A stretch of 64,000 nt of DNA, taken from contig CAWANJ010000001.1 of the NCBI GenBank assembly GCA_963783385.1, forward strand, positions 256,001-320,000, written 5' to 3'. Numbering within the stretch: position 1 is the first letter of the stretch; each line of letters opens with the position of its first letter. Under the pieces are notes generated by a model. It was not told the DNA's origin, searched no databases, and worked only from the letters and a program-made list of their open reading frames with translations. The translations under genes and the position numbers were made by a program. Below, piece after piece: positions 21,392 through 33,318 of the stretch. Source of the DNA: an uncultured Gemmatimonadales bacterium (GTDB lineage: Bacteria; Gemmatimonadota; Gemmatimonadetes; Palauibacterales; Palauibacteraceae).

Positions 21392-22302
21392 GCCGGGACC
21401 GACGCTTCGATGCGCGCCGGCATCACGACGAGGATCTGCGCGCCCGGGAAGGGTACCAGACCCGTCGAGAGCGGCTCGATGTCGTCCCACTCGGGCACGC
21501 GGGCGATCATGGCGTCCCCGCTCCGGATGCGGATTTCGCCGTCCCAGCGGGTCACCTGGCGGCGGATCGCCTGCAGTCCCTGGCCGCGGCCGGGGTCGCG
21601 GAAGCGCGACTCCCCGTTCAGGAAGGCGGCTTCCAGGGCCGTGGCCGAGGACCACCGATCCCCGAACCGACGCGCATGCTCGGCCGCCAGGGAGCCCTCG
21701 AAGCCCTGGCCCACGTCCATGACCGCCAGCACGAGCACGTCACGACCCAGTCTCTCCTTCCAGAAGTACGTCTGGGCGCACACCCAGCCGTCCCCCTCGG
21801 CGTGCTCCAGGATGTTCTGACACACCTCGGAGAGCATCACGCTGAACTGGATCACGGCCGGCTTGGGATAGTGGAGCCGGCGCTCGAGGATCGTGGCCGC
21901 CCGCTCCCTGACCCGCTCCACGACGCGGTGGACGTCATGGTGGGAGCGGATGGGCGTGAGCTCGAGGAGCGCGTCCGATTCGCCGTGCGAGCGAGTGGAC
22001 AGGGACGGCAGGTCGAACACGGCGGCGGCGTTCTGCCAGAAGTCCATGCGCTCCCAGTAGCTCCGGACCTCGGAGGCCTCCGGCTCGGATAGGGAGGGAG
22101 CCAACCCGGTGCGGCCGCGGGCCACGTCGCCCACGGCCAGCAAGCCGACGAGGCCATAGGGCGACGTCCAGCGCACGCGGCGGGCATCGAACAGGATGCG
22201 CTCCGGCTCCCGCTCTCCCGAGGTGTGCTCGGCGAGATCCGCGACCAGGCGCTCGAAGCCTCGCTCGTCCAGCACGGACGGGACTTCGATCACCCGGCTC
22301 AT
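21388..22302 (-). CDS. STAS-like + HATPase_c ATP-binding protein (anti-sigma/Ser-kinase-like)
   Basis: N-box SEVCQNILEH, G1 DVGQG, G2 GRGQGL; no HisKA domain; N-terminal FDARRVRWTSPYG. Confidence 0.8.
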   Translation of the reverse strand: MSRVIEVPSVLDERGFERLVADLAEHTSGEREPERILFDARRVRWTSPYGLVGLLAVGDVARGRTGLAPSLSEPEASEVRSYWERMDFWQNAAAVFDLPSLSTRSHGESDALLELTPIRSHHDVHRVVERVRERAATILERRLHYPKPAVIQFSVMLSEVCQNILEHAEGDGWVCAQTYFWKERLGRDVLVLAVMDVGQGFEGSLAAEHARRFGDRWSSATALEAAFLNGESRFRDPGRGQGLQAIRRQVTRWDGEIRIRSGDAMIARVPEWDDIEPLSTGLVPFPGAQILVVMPARIEASVPA

Positions 22303-22309
22303 TGCCGCC

Positions 22310-23287
22310 TCATGGCTCGCGTCCGTGCAGGATGCCGCGCGGCTCGCGCAGCCGCTCGGCGAGACGCATCGCGCCCCGCAACTCGGCGTTGCGGCTGGCG
22401 ACGCGGTTCGCGCGGCCGGCCGCCTCCTCGATCGATGCCCCCTCGAGGAGGGAGCAGAAGCACGTCATCCCCCACACGTCTCCACATCCCGTCGGATCGG
22501 GCTCCAGGACCCTGTCGACCGGGACCCTGCCGCTGCGCACGGCTCCGCGGGTCCGGACGCCTCCGGGAGGCCCGCGCCGCGCCTCCTCCGCCGACACCCA
22601 GGCGGAGCCGCGCTCCCCGAGCGTCACGAACAGGGCGCGTGCGCCCTCCCCCACCACCTCGGCCGCCAGCCGCCACGGGTCTCCGCCCCAGTCGGCCGCG
22701 AGCAGCTTCAGCTCGTCCTCGTTGGCCTGTACGTAGTCGAAACACCGGAGCCAGTCGCGCCAGCGCTCGGGCACGCGCGGGATACGGGTCCCGTCCGGTC
22801 CGACCCCCAGCGTCAGGGAGTGGATGTCGCCGTACAGCGGCCCTTCGAAGGTCTCCCGGAGCCGGCGCGCGCACCGCAGGTCGAGCTCCCAGCCCGCGAT
22901 GAAGTTAACGTACAGGGCGTCACACGAGCGGGCGAGGGGCTCGAGCTCCGGCCAGCTCCAGCCCGGCACGCCTCCACGGAGCCTCTCGGTGCGTCGGCTC
23001 CCATCCCGGTAGCGCAACTCCACCCGGTTGTTGAGCTGCGGCACGGTGCGCACGCCGTCCAGCGAGGGCGCTGTGCCCAGCCCCGACAGCAATCGGCGGG
23101 CGGCAGGCGCCAGGTCCAGGCCGATCTTGAGGATCGGGAACAGGCTCCAGCCGGCGGGCCGTAGCGCCTCGAAGGTGGACAGCGCGTAAGCGATGCCACC
23201 CCACTCCTCGTGCGGCTCGCTCCGGCCGGCGTCGCGGGCGTGGATCGTGTCCCACACCAGCGTGCCGACCACGCCCAGCCGGTTCAC
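22310..23287 (-). CDS. PfkB/ribokinase family carbohydrate kinase
   Basis: WGGIAY, QANEDE, VTLGERG, DPTGCGD; start at GTG 23287 or 23320. Confidence 0.85.
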   Translation of the reverse strand: MNRLGVVGTLVWDTIHARDAGRSEPHEEWGGIAYALSTFEALRPAGWSLFPILKIGLDLAPAARRLLSGLGTAPSLDGVRTVPQLNNRVELRYRDGSRRTERLRGGVPGWSWPELEPLARSCDALYVNFIAGWELDLRCARRLRETFEGPLYGDIHSLTLGVGPDGTRIPRVPERWRDWLRCFDYVQANEDELKLLAADWGGDPWRLAAEVVGEGARALFVTLGERGSAWVSAEEARRGPPGGVRTRGAVRSGRVPVDRVLEPDPTGCGDVWGMTCFCSLLEGASIEEAAGRANRVASRNAELRGAMRLAERLREPRGILHGREP

Positions 23288-23368
23288 GGGCCCGCGGCCG
23301 AGCCGTCGCGACCGGTCCACCCGGGACGCGTCTCGTCCGACGCGACGAGCGCGCGCCGACCCGGCGGC

Positions 23369-24364
23369 TCAGTCCAGCTCACCGAACCGCTCCACGCGGT
23401 AGGTGGCGGCGGCCCCGATCACGCCCGCCATGTCCCCGAGCTCGCTGGCCACGATCCGGCAGGCGTCCGCGGCCTGGCGGAAGGCCCGGCGCCGCACCTC
23501 GCCCCGGAGCGGCTCGAACAGGTGGTCGCCGGCCCGCGTCACGCCCCCCGAAATCACCACCATGGCCGGGTTGAGGATGTTGATGAGGTTGGCGACTCCC
23601 GTCCCGAGGAAGGCGGCCGTCTCGCGCATGACCTCCTTGGCGTACAGGTCCCCGGCCACGATGGCCTGGTAGACCGTCTCCGCGGTCACCTCCGACAGGT
23701 CGCCCTCGGCCAGCTCCGGGAGCGCGCTGGCCACGCCGCTGCGCAGCCCCTCCACGGCCCGGGCCGCGATCGCGGGTCCCGACGCGTAGGCCTCCAGGCA
23801 GCCGTAGTTGCCGCAGTTGCAGCGCCGACCCGTGGGGTCGATGGTCATGTGGCCGACCTCGCCCGCGACGTCCGAGGCCCCGTGGTAGACCCGACCTCCG
23901 AGCACGATGCCGCCGCCGATCCCGGTGCCCAGGGTGAGAGCCAGGAGCGAGTCCACGTCCTTGCCCGCCCCGAGCCAGTACTCTCCGAGCGCGGCGGCGT
24001 TGGCGTCGTTGTCCAGGACGGCGTCCAGCCCCATCTCATTGGCGATGAGGTCGCGCAGGGGGAAATTGCGCCACCCCAGGTTCGGCGTCTCGATGACGGT
24101 CCCCGAGGCCCGGTCCAGCGGACCGGGCGAGCCGATCCCGATCCCCACGTATCCGGATTCCGGGATCGAGGCCTCCCGCCGCGCGTCGCGCATGGCCTCG
24201 CGAATCATCCCGTTCATGCGGTCGACGACCGACTTGGCGCCGCGCCCGGGCTCCGTCGGCATGGAGCGCATGCCGAGGACCGGCCCGCCGCCGAAGGGCA
24301 CCACACCCACGTTGATAGACGTTCCGCCCAGGTCCACACCCACAATGTAGCGGTCATCCGCCAT
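23369..24364 (-). CDS. ROK family sugar kinase (glucokinase-like)
   Basis: VDLGGT, DNDANAAALGE, GTGIGGG, GEVGH, CNCGNYGCLE. Confidence 0.93.
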   Translation of the reverse strand: MADDRYIVGVDLGGTSINVGVVPFGGGPVLGMRSMPTEPGRGAKSVVDRMNGMIREAMRDARREASIPESGYVGIGIGSPGPLDRASGTVIETPNLGWRNFPLRDLIANEMGLDAVLDNDANAAALGEYWLGAGKDVDSLLALTLGTGIGGGIVLGGRVYHGASDVAGEVGHMTIDPTGRRCNCGNYGCLEAYASGPAIAARAVEGLRSGVASALPELAEGDLSEVTAETVYQAIVAGDLYAKEVMRETAAFLGTGVANLINILNPAMVVISGGVTRAGDHLFEPLRGEVRRRAFRQAADACRIVASELGDMAGVIGAAATYRVERFGELD

Positions 24365-25408
24365 CGTCCACAGCCTCCTCCGGGGATCGGACATCCTCCC
24401 TGCGAACCCTCATCAGGGCCTCCTCCACCTCGTCGACTCCCAGGATGCGCAGGCACTCCAGCCGTGCCTCGGGAAGCTCGTATCCCGCTCCCCGCCGAGG
24501 GCAGCGGTTCCGGAGGCAGGGCACGCACGGCAGCGTCCCGCGCACCACCACGGTCGACCGCGGCGACAGGGGTCCGGTCTGGCGCGGGTCGCCCGCGCCG
24601 AACAGTGCGACCAGCGGCGTGCCCAACGCCGCGGCCAGGTGCATGGGTCCCGTGTCGTTGGCCACCACGGCGTCGCAAGCCGCCAGGCCACCGGCCAGCG
24701 CCTCCAGGGTGGTCCGCCCCGACAGGTCGCGCGCTCCTCCGGTGGCCGACGCCACGGTCCGGGCCGCTGCCGCGTCGTCGCGACCGCCGAACACGAGCAC
24801 CCGGTCCCCGGCGCGTGCCCGCCGCGCCGCCAGCTCGGCGAAACGCTCGGCAGGCCAGCGTCGCGACGGGGCGGCGCTCCCCGGGACGAGGCCCAGCGTG
24901 GGCGCGCCGCCGGACGACGGCAGCTCGCGCGAAACGGACCCCCACGCCCGGCGCGTCCCCTCTGTCGTCCGGAGCCACGGCGGCGGCGGCGGCGTCGCCG
25001 TCCAGGTCCGGTCGACCAGGGTCAGGTACTCCCTCACCCGGTGGCCGGCCAGCAGCGGTCCGCGCTCCACCGGGTCGGTGAGCAGCCAGCCGCGGCCGTC
25101 GGTCGCCGTCCCGCGGCGCTCAGCCACCCCGGCCAGCCGGAGAATGAGCGCGGCCGAGAAGGACGGTGTCAGCAGGACGCCCCGATCGGGGGAGCGGGCC
25201 CGCAGCTCGCGCGCCGCACGCACGATCCCGTGGCGGCCGCGCAGGGAAAGGATCTCGGCGTCGAGGCCCGCCATGGCCACCACGGGCGCCAGCCCCTCGA
25301 CCACCTGCACGACCAGGTCCCCGCCGCCCGCGAGCTCGGCGGCCCGACGCAGGGCGGGCAGCGCCAGCACGAGCTCGCCCAGGTGGTTGGGAGCCCGGAC
25401 GACGCGCC

Positions 25409-25412
<4 letters not shown>
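24354..25412 (-). CDS. waaF: LPS heptosyltransferase II-like (GT9)
   Basis: [39 protein letters not shown]; start inferred as CTG overlapping the lepA stop. Confidence 0.85.
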
Positions 25413-27208
<1,796 letters not shown>

Positions 27209-27326
27209 GAGATCGCTCTCCGGGGTCGACTTCCGGGTACCCTCGATCGGATGCCGGACGGCGGGGGCGCACGCTCCGGATTCCGCGACGGCATGGTACT
27301 ACCGGGGAGCCCGGCGCCGGGTCCCC

Positions 27327-27944
27327 TCAGGCGCGCGGAAACCGCAGGATCAATGTGGGACGAGGCCCGTCGCTCGCGACGGCGGCGAGGGCGCCCGCGC
27401 CGGAGGCGGCGCCCTCCCACACCTCCGGATCGGTCGCCGCCACCGGCACCTCGAGGCTGGCCTCCTCGCCGGCGTAGCGTACGGCGGCGCGCACGCTCTC
27501 CTCTCCCTGCCCGGCGGCCCGAGCCGATTGCAGCGCCCGCCCGAGCAGCACGACCGCCGCGCCCCGCCGGAGGCGCACGCCGCGCTCGTCGTCGGGGGCG
27601 TCCACCTCCACCCGGGGCGGCCTCCGGTCCAGCTCCAGGGCCGCCGCCACGTCCCGCACCAGCCCGGCCAGGTCCACGGCCGCGGCTTCCTCCTCCGGCC
27701 CACGGCGCGCGGCCGCGACCAGCAGGTCCACGTCCCGGGCGAGCCTGCGGACGTTGTCGTCCGCGGCGGTGGTGAAACGATCCAGCTCCTCGGCGAGCTC
27801 GGGAGCCTCCCGCCGCAGCCGCGCGCGCACCACCTCGAGGTTGATGGCGACCGCCTGCAGCGAATTCCGAAGCCGATGGGCCATACCGGAGACCAGCCGG
27901 GCGACTTCCTCCACGCGGGCCTCCCGGGCGCGCCCTTCGCTCAC
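27327..27944 (-). CDS. HisKA (DHp) domain protein with degenerate ATPase domain
   Basis: H-box GMAHRLRNSL; no recognisable N/G1/G2 boxes; GTG start overlaps the upstream TGA. Confidence 0.7.
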   Translation of the reverse strand: MSEGRAREARVEEVARLVSGMAHRLRNSLQAVAINLEVVRARLRREAPELAEELDRFTTAADDNVRRLARDVDLLVAAARRGPEEEAAAVDLAGLVRDVAAALELDRRPPRVEVDAPDDERGVRLRRGAAVVLLGRALQSARAAGQGEESVRAAVRYAGEEASLEVPVAATDPEVWEGAASGAGALAAVASDGPRPTLILRFPRA

Positions 27945-28717
27945 AGCTCGATCTCGAGGCCATCGTGGGCCGGCTGCACGCCGGCCGGCAACCGGGCGGA
28001 GAGCCGCGCATGCTCCAGGCGGTGCGTGAGGTGGGTCAGATAGGCGCGCTCCGGGGCGAGGCGCTCGATCACCTCCAGGGCCTCCTCCACGTTGAAGTGG
28101 CTGGGATGAGGATTCCCGAACCAGAGCGCGTTCACGACCAGGACCCGCACGCCGGCCAGCAGGTCGGCGGCGTCCTCCGGCAGCTCCTTGGCGTCCACGA
28201 TCACCGCCAGGTCGCCCAGCCTGAAGCCGTAGCTGCGAAAGGGCCCGTGCGGGAACCCCACCGGCGTCAGGGGGAAGCCCGCCGGCCGCACCGGCTCGCG
28301 GTCCCGGAACGACACCATCTCCAGGTCGGGCACACTGCTGACCGGCGGGCGGTCGACGTCGTCCTCCCAGATGTACGGGAAGCGGCGACGAATCTCGGCG
28401 GCGTGCTCCTCGGCCACGTACACGGGCAGGGGGCGCTCGGAGCGGAGCGTGAAGATGCGCAGGTCGTCGATGCCGTGGATGTGGTCGGCGTGCGGGTGCG
28501 TCAGGTAGACGGCGTCCAGGTGCCGCACCCCGGCCGCGACGAGCTGCAGCCGCAGCTCGGGAGGGGTGTCCACCAGGAGCCGCCGTCCCTCCTCCTCGAT
28601 CAGGAGGCCATGTCGGGTGCGACGGTCGCGCGGATCCGACGAGGTGCACACCTCGCAATCGCACCCCACCACCGGGATGCCGAACGAGGTGCCCGTGCCC
28701 AGGAAGCGGACCTTCAC
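27941..28717 (-). CDS. PhnP-like MBL-fold phosphodiesterase
   Basis: FLGTGTSFGIPVVGCDCEVC, THPHADHIHG, THLTH, AHDGL. Confidence 0.92.
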   Translation of the reverse strand: MKVRFLGTGTSFGIPVVGCDCEVCTSSDPRDRRTRHGLLIEEEGRRLLVDTPPELRLQLVAAGVRHLDAVYLTHPHADHIHGIDDLRIFTLRSERPLPVYVAEEHAAEIRRRFPYIWEDDVDRPPVSSVPDLEMVSFRDREPVRPAGFPLTPVGFPHGPFRSYGFRLGDLAVIVDAKELPEDAADLLAGVRVLVVNALWFGNPHPSHFNVEEALEVIERLAPERAYLTHLTHRLEHARLSARLPAGVQPAHDGLEIEL

Positions 28718-28736
28718 GGAGCCCTGCCTGTCCGGT

Positions 28737-30194
28737 TCAGAGCTCCTCGATCCGCATCATGTTGGTGGTTCCCGTGACGTGGAAGGGCACGCCGGCCGTG
28801 ACGATGAACCGGTCCCCGGGCCGACCGAAGCCGCCGTCGAGTGCCTCGCTCCGCGCCCGCGAGAGCATGGTCCGGTAGTTGGCCTCGCCCTCGAACAGCA
28901 CCGGATGGACGCCCCAGGCCACGGCGAGCTGCCGGTAGGTGGACGGCTGATCGGTGACGGCCAGGATCGGGACCGGTGGGCGCTGGGCCGACACGACTCG
29001 CGCGGTGAAGCCGCTGCGCGTGAAGGTCACCAGGAAGGGGGCCCCGAGGCGCTGCACCGCCTGCATGGCCGCGGCCGCGATCGCCCCCGAGGTGGTCTGC
29101 TGGACGGCCGCCCGCTCGGTGGCCGGCTGCTCCCGGATGCGGGACGGGAAGGGCGGGCCCTCGCGCTCGATCCTCCGGATGATCCGCTCCATGACGCGCA
29201 CCGCCTCGATCGGATGGTGGCCCACGGCGGTCTCGGCGGACAGCATGACGGCATCGCTCCCGTCCAGCAGGGCCGTGGCCACGTCCGACACCTCGGCGCG
29301 GGTGGGGCGGGAGTTCGTCGTCATGGACTCCAGCATCTGGGTGGCCGTGATGCTGGGCCGGGCCAGCTCCTGGCCCTGCGTGATGATGCGCTTCTGGACG
29401 AGCGGAACCTCCTCGTACGGCAGCTCGACCCCGAGGTCGCCCCGCGCCACCATGACCCCGTCGCTCTGGCGAATGATCTCGTCGAGATTCTGGAGCGCCT
29501 GGTCTTTCTCGATCTTGCTGATGATCAGACCATGGCCACCGATGCGGTCCCGGAGATCCACGACATCCTCGGGACGTCGCACGAAGCTGAGCGCCACGTA
29601 GTCGACGCCCTGGTCGATGGCGAAGGCGAGGTCATCGCGGTCCTTCTCCGTCAGGCTGGGCGCTCCCACGCGCACCCCGGGAAGGTTGATCCCCTTGTGG
29701 GATCCGAGCTCTCCGGGAGTCACGGCCTCCACCTCGACGCAGTCGCCGTCCACCTCGAGGACCCGGACCTCGATCTTGCCATCGTCCAGCAGGATCCGGT
29801 CTCCCGCCGCGACGTCCTCGGCCAGCCCGGCGTAGGTCGTGGGAATCAGGCGATCGCGCGAGGCGCCCTCGGGCAGGGCCTCGGCCCCCTTCTCCTCGGG
29901 CACGAAGTAGCAGCGGTCCCCCTCGGAGATCCGGAGGGGGGACGGCAAGTCGCCGACACGGATCTTGGGTCCCTGCAGGTCGGCGATGATGGCGACCGGA
30001 CGGCCCGTCTCGCGGCCGACCCGTCGGGTGGCCTCGATGATCGCGCGCGCCTCGGCGTGCTCGGCATGCGAGAAGTTGATCCGGATCGCGTCCGCGCCGG
30101 CCTCGATCAGGGCCCGGAAGGTGGATGGCTCGGAGCAGGCCGGGCCCACGGTGCACACGATCTTGGCACGTCGGAACAGCCTCGAAGCCGTCAT
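28737..30194 (-). CDS. pyk: Pyruvate kinase
   Basis: KIVCTVGPA, DLQGPKIR, MVARGDLGVE, ATQMLESM, MLSAETA. Confidence 0.97.
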   Translation of the reverse strand: MTASRLFRRAKIVCTVGPACSEPSTFRALIEAGADAIRINFSHAEHAEARAIIEATRRVGRETGRPVAIIADLQGPKIRVGDLPSPLRISEGDRCYFVPEEKGAEALPEGASRDRLIPTTYAGLAEDVAAGDRILLDDGKIEVRVLEVDGDCVEVEAVTPGELGSHKGINLPGVRVGAPSLTEKDRDDLAFAIDQGVDYVALSFVRRPEDVVDLRDRIGGHGLIISKIEKDQALQNLDEIIRQSDGVMVARGDLGVELPYEEVPLVQKRIITQGQELARPSITATQMLESMTTNSRPTRAEVSDVATALLDGSDAVMLSAETAVGHHPIEAVRVMERIIRRIEREGPPFPSRIREQPATERAAVQQTTSGAIAAAAMQAVQRLGAPFLVTFTRSGFTARVVSAQRPPVPILAVTDQPSTYRQLAVAWGVHPVLFEGEANYRTMLSRARSEALDGGFGRPGDRFIVTAGVPFHVTGTTNMMRIEEL

Positions 30195-30312
30195 GGAGTC
30201 GGCCGGTGCGAAGGCCCGGGGCCTCGGTTCCCCCCCGTGTACCGGGGCCTGGTGGACCGCCCGTGGGGCGGGGGACGCCGTCCGTGCGTGGGTGTCGTCG
30301 GTGATCCGGGCC

Positions 30313-30648
30313 TCAGGCGCTGGCCACGGTCGAGGCGTCCACGGCCAGATCCGGCCGGTGCTTCCAGATCCAGCGGTGCAGGAGCTGGAGACGCTTCAGG
30401 GGCAGGTCGGATAGTACGTTCGCCTGGAGGCCGGGAATGATGCAGGCGGCGGCCCGTCGCAGCAGGAACGCCCGCTGCAGTGCCCGCTGCTCCTCGCTGA
30501 GGCTCGTCCCGCCCGGAATGTCGGGAATGGGCTCGAGCAACCTGTGATAGCTGTATACTTCCCGAGGTGAGAACTCCCGTGGAATCTGGTAGGCGTGACC
30601 CCGAACCTCGAAAGAACCCTCGGGACCGATCGAAAGCAGTTCAGCCAT
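30313..30648 (-). CDS. Hypothetical protein (111 aa)
   Basis: GGAGGAG RBS before ATG; plausible non-shadow composition; upstream TTGCCT-18-TATGTT promoter (30816-30787). Confidence 0.7.
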   Translation of the reverse strand: MAELLSIGPEGSFEVRGHAYQIPREFSPREVYSYHRLLEPIPDIPGGTSLSEEQRALQRAFLLRRAAACIIPGLQANVLSDLPLKRLQLLHRWIWKHRPDLAVDASTVASA

Positions 30649-30870
30649 GCGTCGCTCTCCTCCTCGCGCCGAACCGGACCGTTCGCTCCGAGCGGATCCG
30701 GCCGGCGGCCGGGTCAGGTCGGAGAGCGACGCGCAGACCGGGGGTGGCGCACGCCGCGACTCGCATCCAGGGCTGTGGCGATCCCGAACATACTCGCCGA
30801 AACGGCCGGCAGGCAAGCTCCGAGCGGGCCTCCGGGCTGCTCCCACGGGTCGGGGGCCCGCCGCGCGACC

Positions 30871-30899
30871 TTGTTGTCGGGATCACGCGCGGCTACCTT
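30871..30899 (+). promoter_or_regulatory. Putative sigma70 promoter of csp (TTGTTG-17-TACCTT), implying a ~150-nt 5' UTR
   Basis: Hexamers at 30871-30876 and 30894-30899. Confidence 0.4.
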
Positions 30900-31053
30900 G
30901 CACGCGGCCCGTGGGCCGGGATTCGGCGCCGACGCCGGACTCCGCCGACGGGCCATTTCGTGACAGCCTCCGGCCGGCGGCGCATTGATGGGACCCCCAG
31001 ACAGACGGTCCGGGCCGGAGCGAGGTTCGCGGTACAGCGGAGGACAGGCCAGC

Positions 31054-31449
31054 ATGGCTCGGGAAACCGGCAGCGTGAAGTGGTTTTCGAACGAGAAGGG
31101 GTACGGCTTCATTGAGCGGGACAGCGGCGAGGACGTCTTCGTCCACCATTCCGACATCGAGGGTGACGGCTTCAAGACGCTTCGACAGGAGGAACGGGTC
31201 GAGTTCGAAGTGGAGGCGGCCGACAAGGGACCGAGGGCCCGGCGCGTGGTCCGTGAAGACCAGGAGACGCGCGAGCAGGTGAGCGCTCCGGCGGACCCGA
31301 ACGAGGTCGGAAGCACCGCCACCCGGACCGCACAGGCCGGATCGGCCGAGGCGTCCGCCGGATCCCCGGATGGAGCGGGAAGCGGGCGCACCCTGGCGGC
31401 GCAGCTCAAGGACAAGCTCGGGCGCCGGTTCTTCGGCGACGAGGGCTGA
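31054..31449 (+). CDS. Cold-shock domain protein with C-terminal extension
   Basis: [29 protein letters not shown]; GGAGG RBS. Confidence 0.92.
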   Translation: MARETGSVKWFSNEKGYGFIERDSGEDVFVHHSDIEGDGFKTLRQEERVEFEVEAADKGPRARRVVREDQETREQVSAPADPNEVGSTATRTAQAGSAEASAGSPDGAGSGRTLAAQLKDKLGRRFFGDEG

Positions 31450-31605
31450 GCGGGTCCGGTCGACCGCGACCGGGGGTCGTGCGGCGCGTGGGAGCGCCGC
31501 GAACACCGGAACAGCGGCAGTACGTTAGTGTGCTACACAGTGCGAGGTGGACGGCCGGGGCCGTCCGCGCCTCGAGAACCTCAGCCTCCGAAGGGGGGGA
31601 TTCGC

Positions 31606-31809
31606 TTGGAGTATCGACTGCGTGAGGGCGAGGACCTGGACCGGGCGCTGAAGAAGTTTCGCCGCAAGGTGCAGCGCGCGGGGATCTTCCGCGACATCAA
31701 GAAGAACCGCTTCTACGAGAAGCCCAGCGAGGCCCGTCGGCGGAAGGCGAAGGCCGCCGAGCGCCGGCGTCGCCGTCGGCGCCGCCGCAGGAGCCGCAAC
31801 AACAGCTGA
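31606..31809 (+). CDS. rpsU: 30S ribosomal protein S21
   Basis: [15 protein letters not shown]...RFYEKPS; TTG start after AAGGGGGG. Confidence 0.92.
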   Translation: MEYRLREGEDLDRALKKFRRKVQRAGIFRDIKKNRFYEKPSEARRRKAKAAERRRRRRRRRRSRNNS

Positions 31810-31867
31810 GCCCGGCCCACGCGCCGCCGCCACGTCGGGCGGCCCGCGAGGCGAGGCAGCCATTCCG

Positions 31868-31898
31868 AGCCGCCCGGGGGACATCCCGCCGGGCGGCT
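31868..31898. terminator. Hairpin between convergent rpsU and ispG
   Basis: AGCCGCCCGG ... CCGGGCGGCT, a perfect 10-bp stem followed by a pyrimidine-rich tract. Confidence 0.5.
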
Positions 31899-31905
31899 TC
31901 TCGTT

Positions 31906-33193
31906 CTATGCGCTCCCGTAGCGGCGGTCCACGTAGCCTTCCAGGAGGGCCAGGAACTCTTCCACGATCCCCTCTCCCCGAAGGGTCGTGACCTTCTCCC
32001 CGTCCACGAACACGGGCGCGCTGGGCTCCTCGAAGGCGCCCGGCAGCGAGATCCCGATGTCGGCATGGCGCGACTCGCCCGGGCCGTTGACCACGCATCC
32101 CATGACGGCCACCCGAAGCTCCTCGATCCCCGCGTACCGGCCCCTCCACTCCGGCATGCGCTCGTCCAGGTGTCCCTGGATGCGCTGCGCCATCTCCTGG
32201 AAGAAGGTGCTGGTGGTCCTTCCGCAGCCCGGACACGAGGTGACCTGGGGCTGAAAGCTCCTCAGGCCCATCGACTGGAGGATCTGCTGCGCCACCCGGA
32301 CCTCCTCGGCCCGATCGGCTCCCGGGGCCGGGGTGAGGGAGACGCGGATCGTGTCCCCGATCCCCTCGGCGAGGAGGAGAGCGAGGGCGGCCGAGCTCGC
32401 CACCGTACCCTTGCGACCCATGCCGGCTTCGGTGAGCCCGAGAATGGAGGGGGTAGTCGCATCGCTCCGCCAGCGCGCGGTACACGGTGACCAGGTCCTG
32501 CACCCCCGAGACCTTGGCGCTCAGCACGATCCGGTCGTGGGGGAGCCCCACCTCCTCGGCGAACCGGGTCGAGGACAGGGCACTCTCCACCATGGCGGCG
32601 AGGGTCACCGCGTGCGCATCGGCCGGGACCTCGCGGGCCGCGTTCTCGTCCATCATGCGGGTGAGGAGGTCCTGGTCCAGGGAACCCCAGTTCACGCCGA
32701 TCCGAACCGGGCGTCCGTGCTCGACCGCACACCCGATGATCGTGGCGAAGTGCTCGTCCCACCGGCTGCGCCCCACGTTGCCCGGATTGACCCGGTACTT
32801 GGCCAGGGCCTCGGCGCACTCCGGGTGTTGTGGAAGGAGAATGTGGCCGTTGAAGTGGAAGTCCCCGATGAGCGGGACGTCGACCCCCCGCTCCCGCAGT
32901 CGCTCCGCGATGTGCGGAACCGCGGCGGCCGCCTCGGAGGTGTTGACGGTGACCCGGACCAGCTCGCTCCCCGCCCCGGCGAGAGCGGCCACCTGCTCGA
33001 CCGTGGCCTGCACATCGGCCGTGTCCGTGTTCGTCATCGACTGCACGACCACCGGATGCCCGCCGCCGACGGGCACGTCTCCCACGCGAACCGTGACGGA
33101 CTCGCGTCGGGGCCGGTAGGCGGGACGCGACACCGTGGCTGGATCGAGGATCTCGGGGGCGTCGGGCGTAGGAGTGGTCTCGGTGGGCGTCAC
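31906..33193 (-). CDS. ispG: HMBPP synthase IspG, with an apparent +1 frameshift at ~32443
   Basis: [24 protein letters not shown] in one frame; [27 protein letters not shown] in the next; CAT-T-CTC-GGG carries one extra T in YPLHLGLTEAG. Confidence 0.93.
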
Positions 33194-33318
33194 GGATCTC
33201 GCGCGGTTCGGGTGACGGAGCGACCCGAGAGCGGCCGTCGGCCGCACCGGGAGCCTCGCGGCGTCATTGTACCCGAGGGCGGGATCCCGTTCCAGAGCGC
33301 CCGGGGCCGGGGAAGCCC

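Noticed and set aside
32421-32460. Programmed ribosomal frameshift in ispG (and likewise in nrdJ)
   Set aside because: No slippery sequence or stimulatory element is evident. Two isolated insertions in core genes fit sequencing error better.
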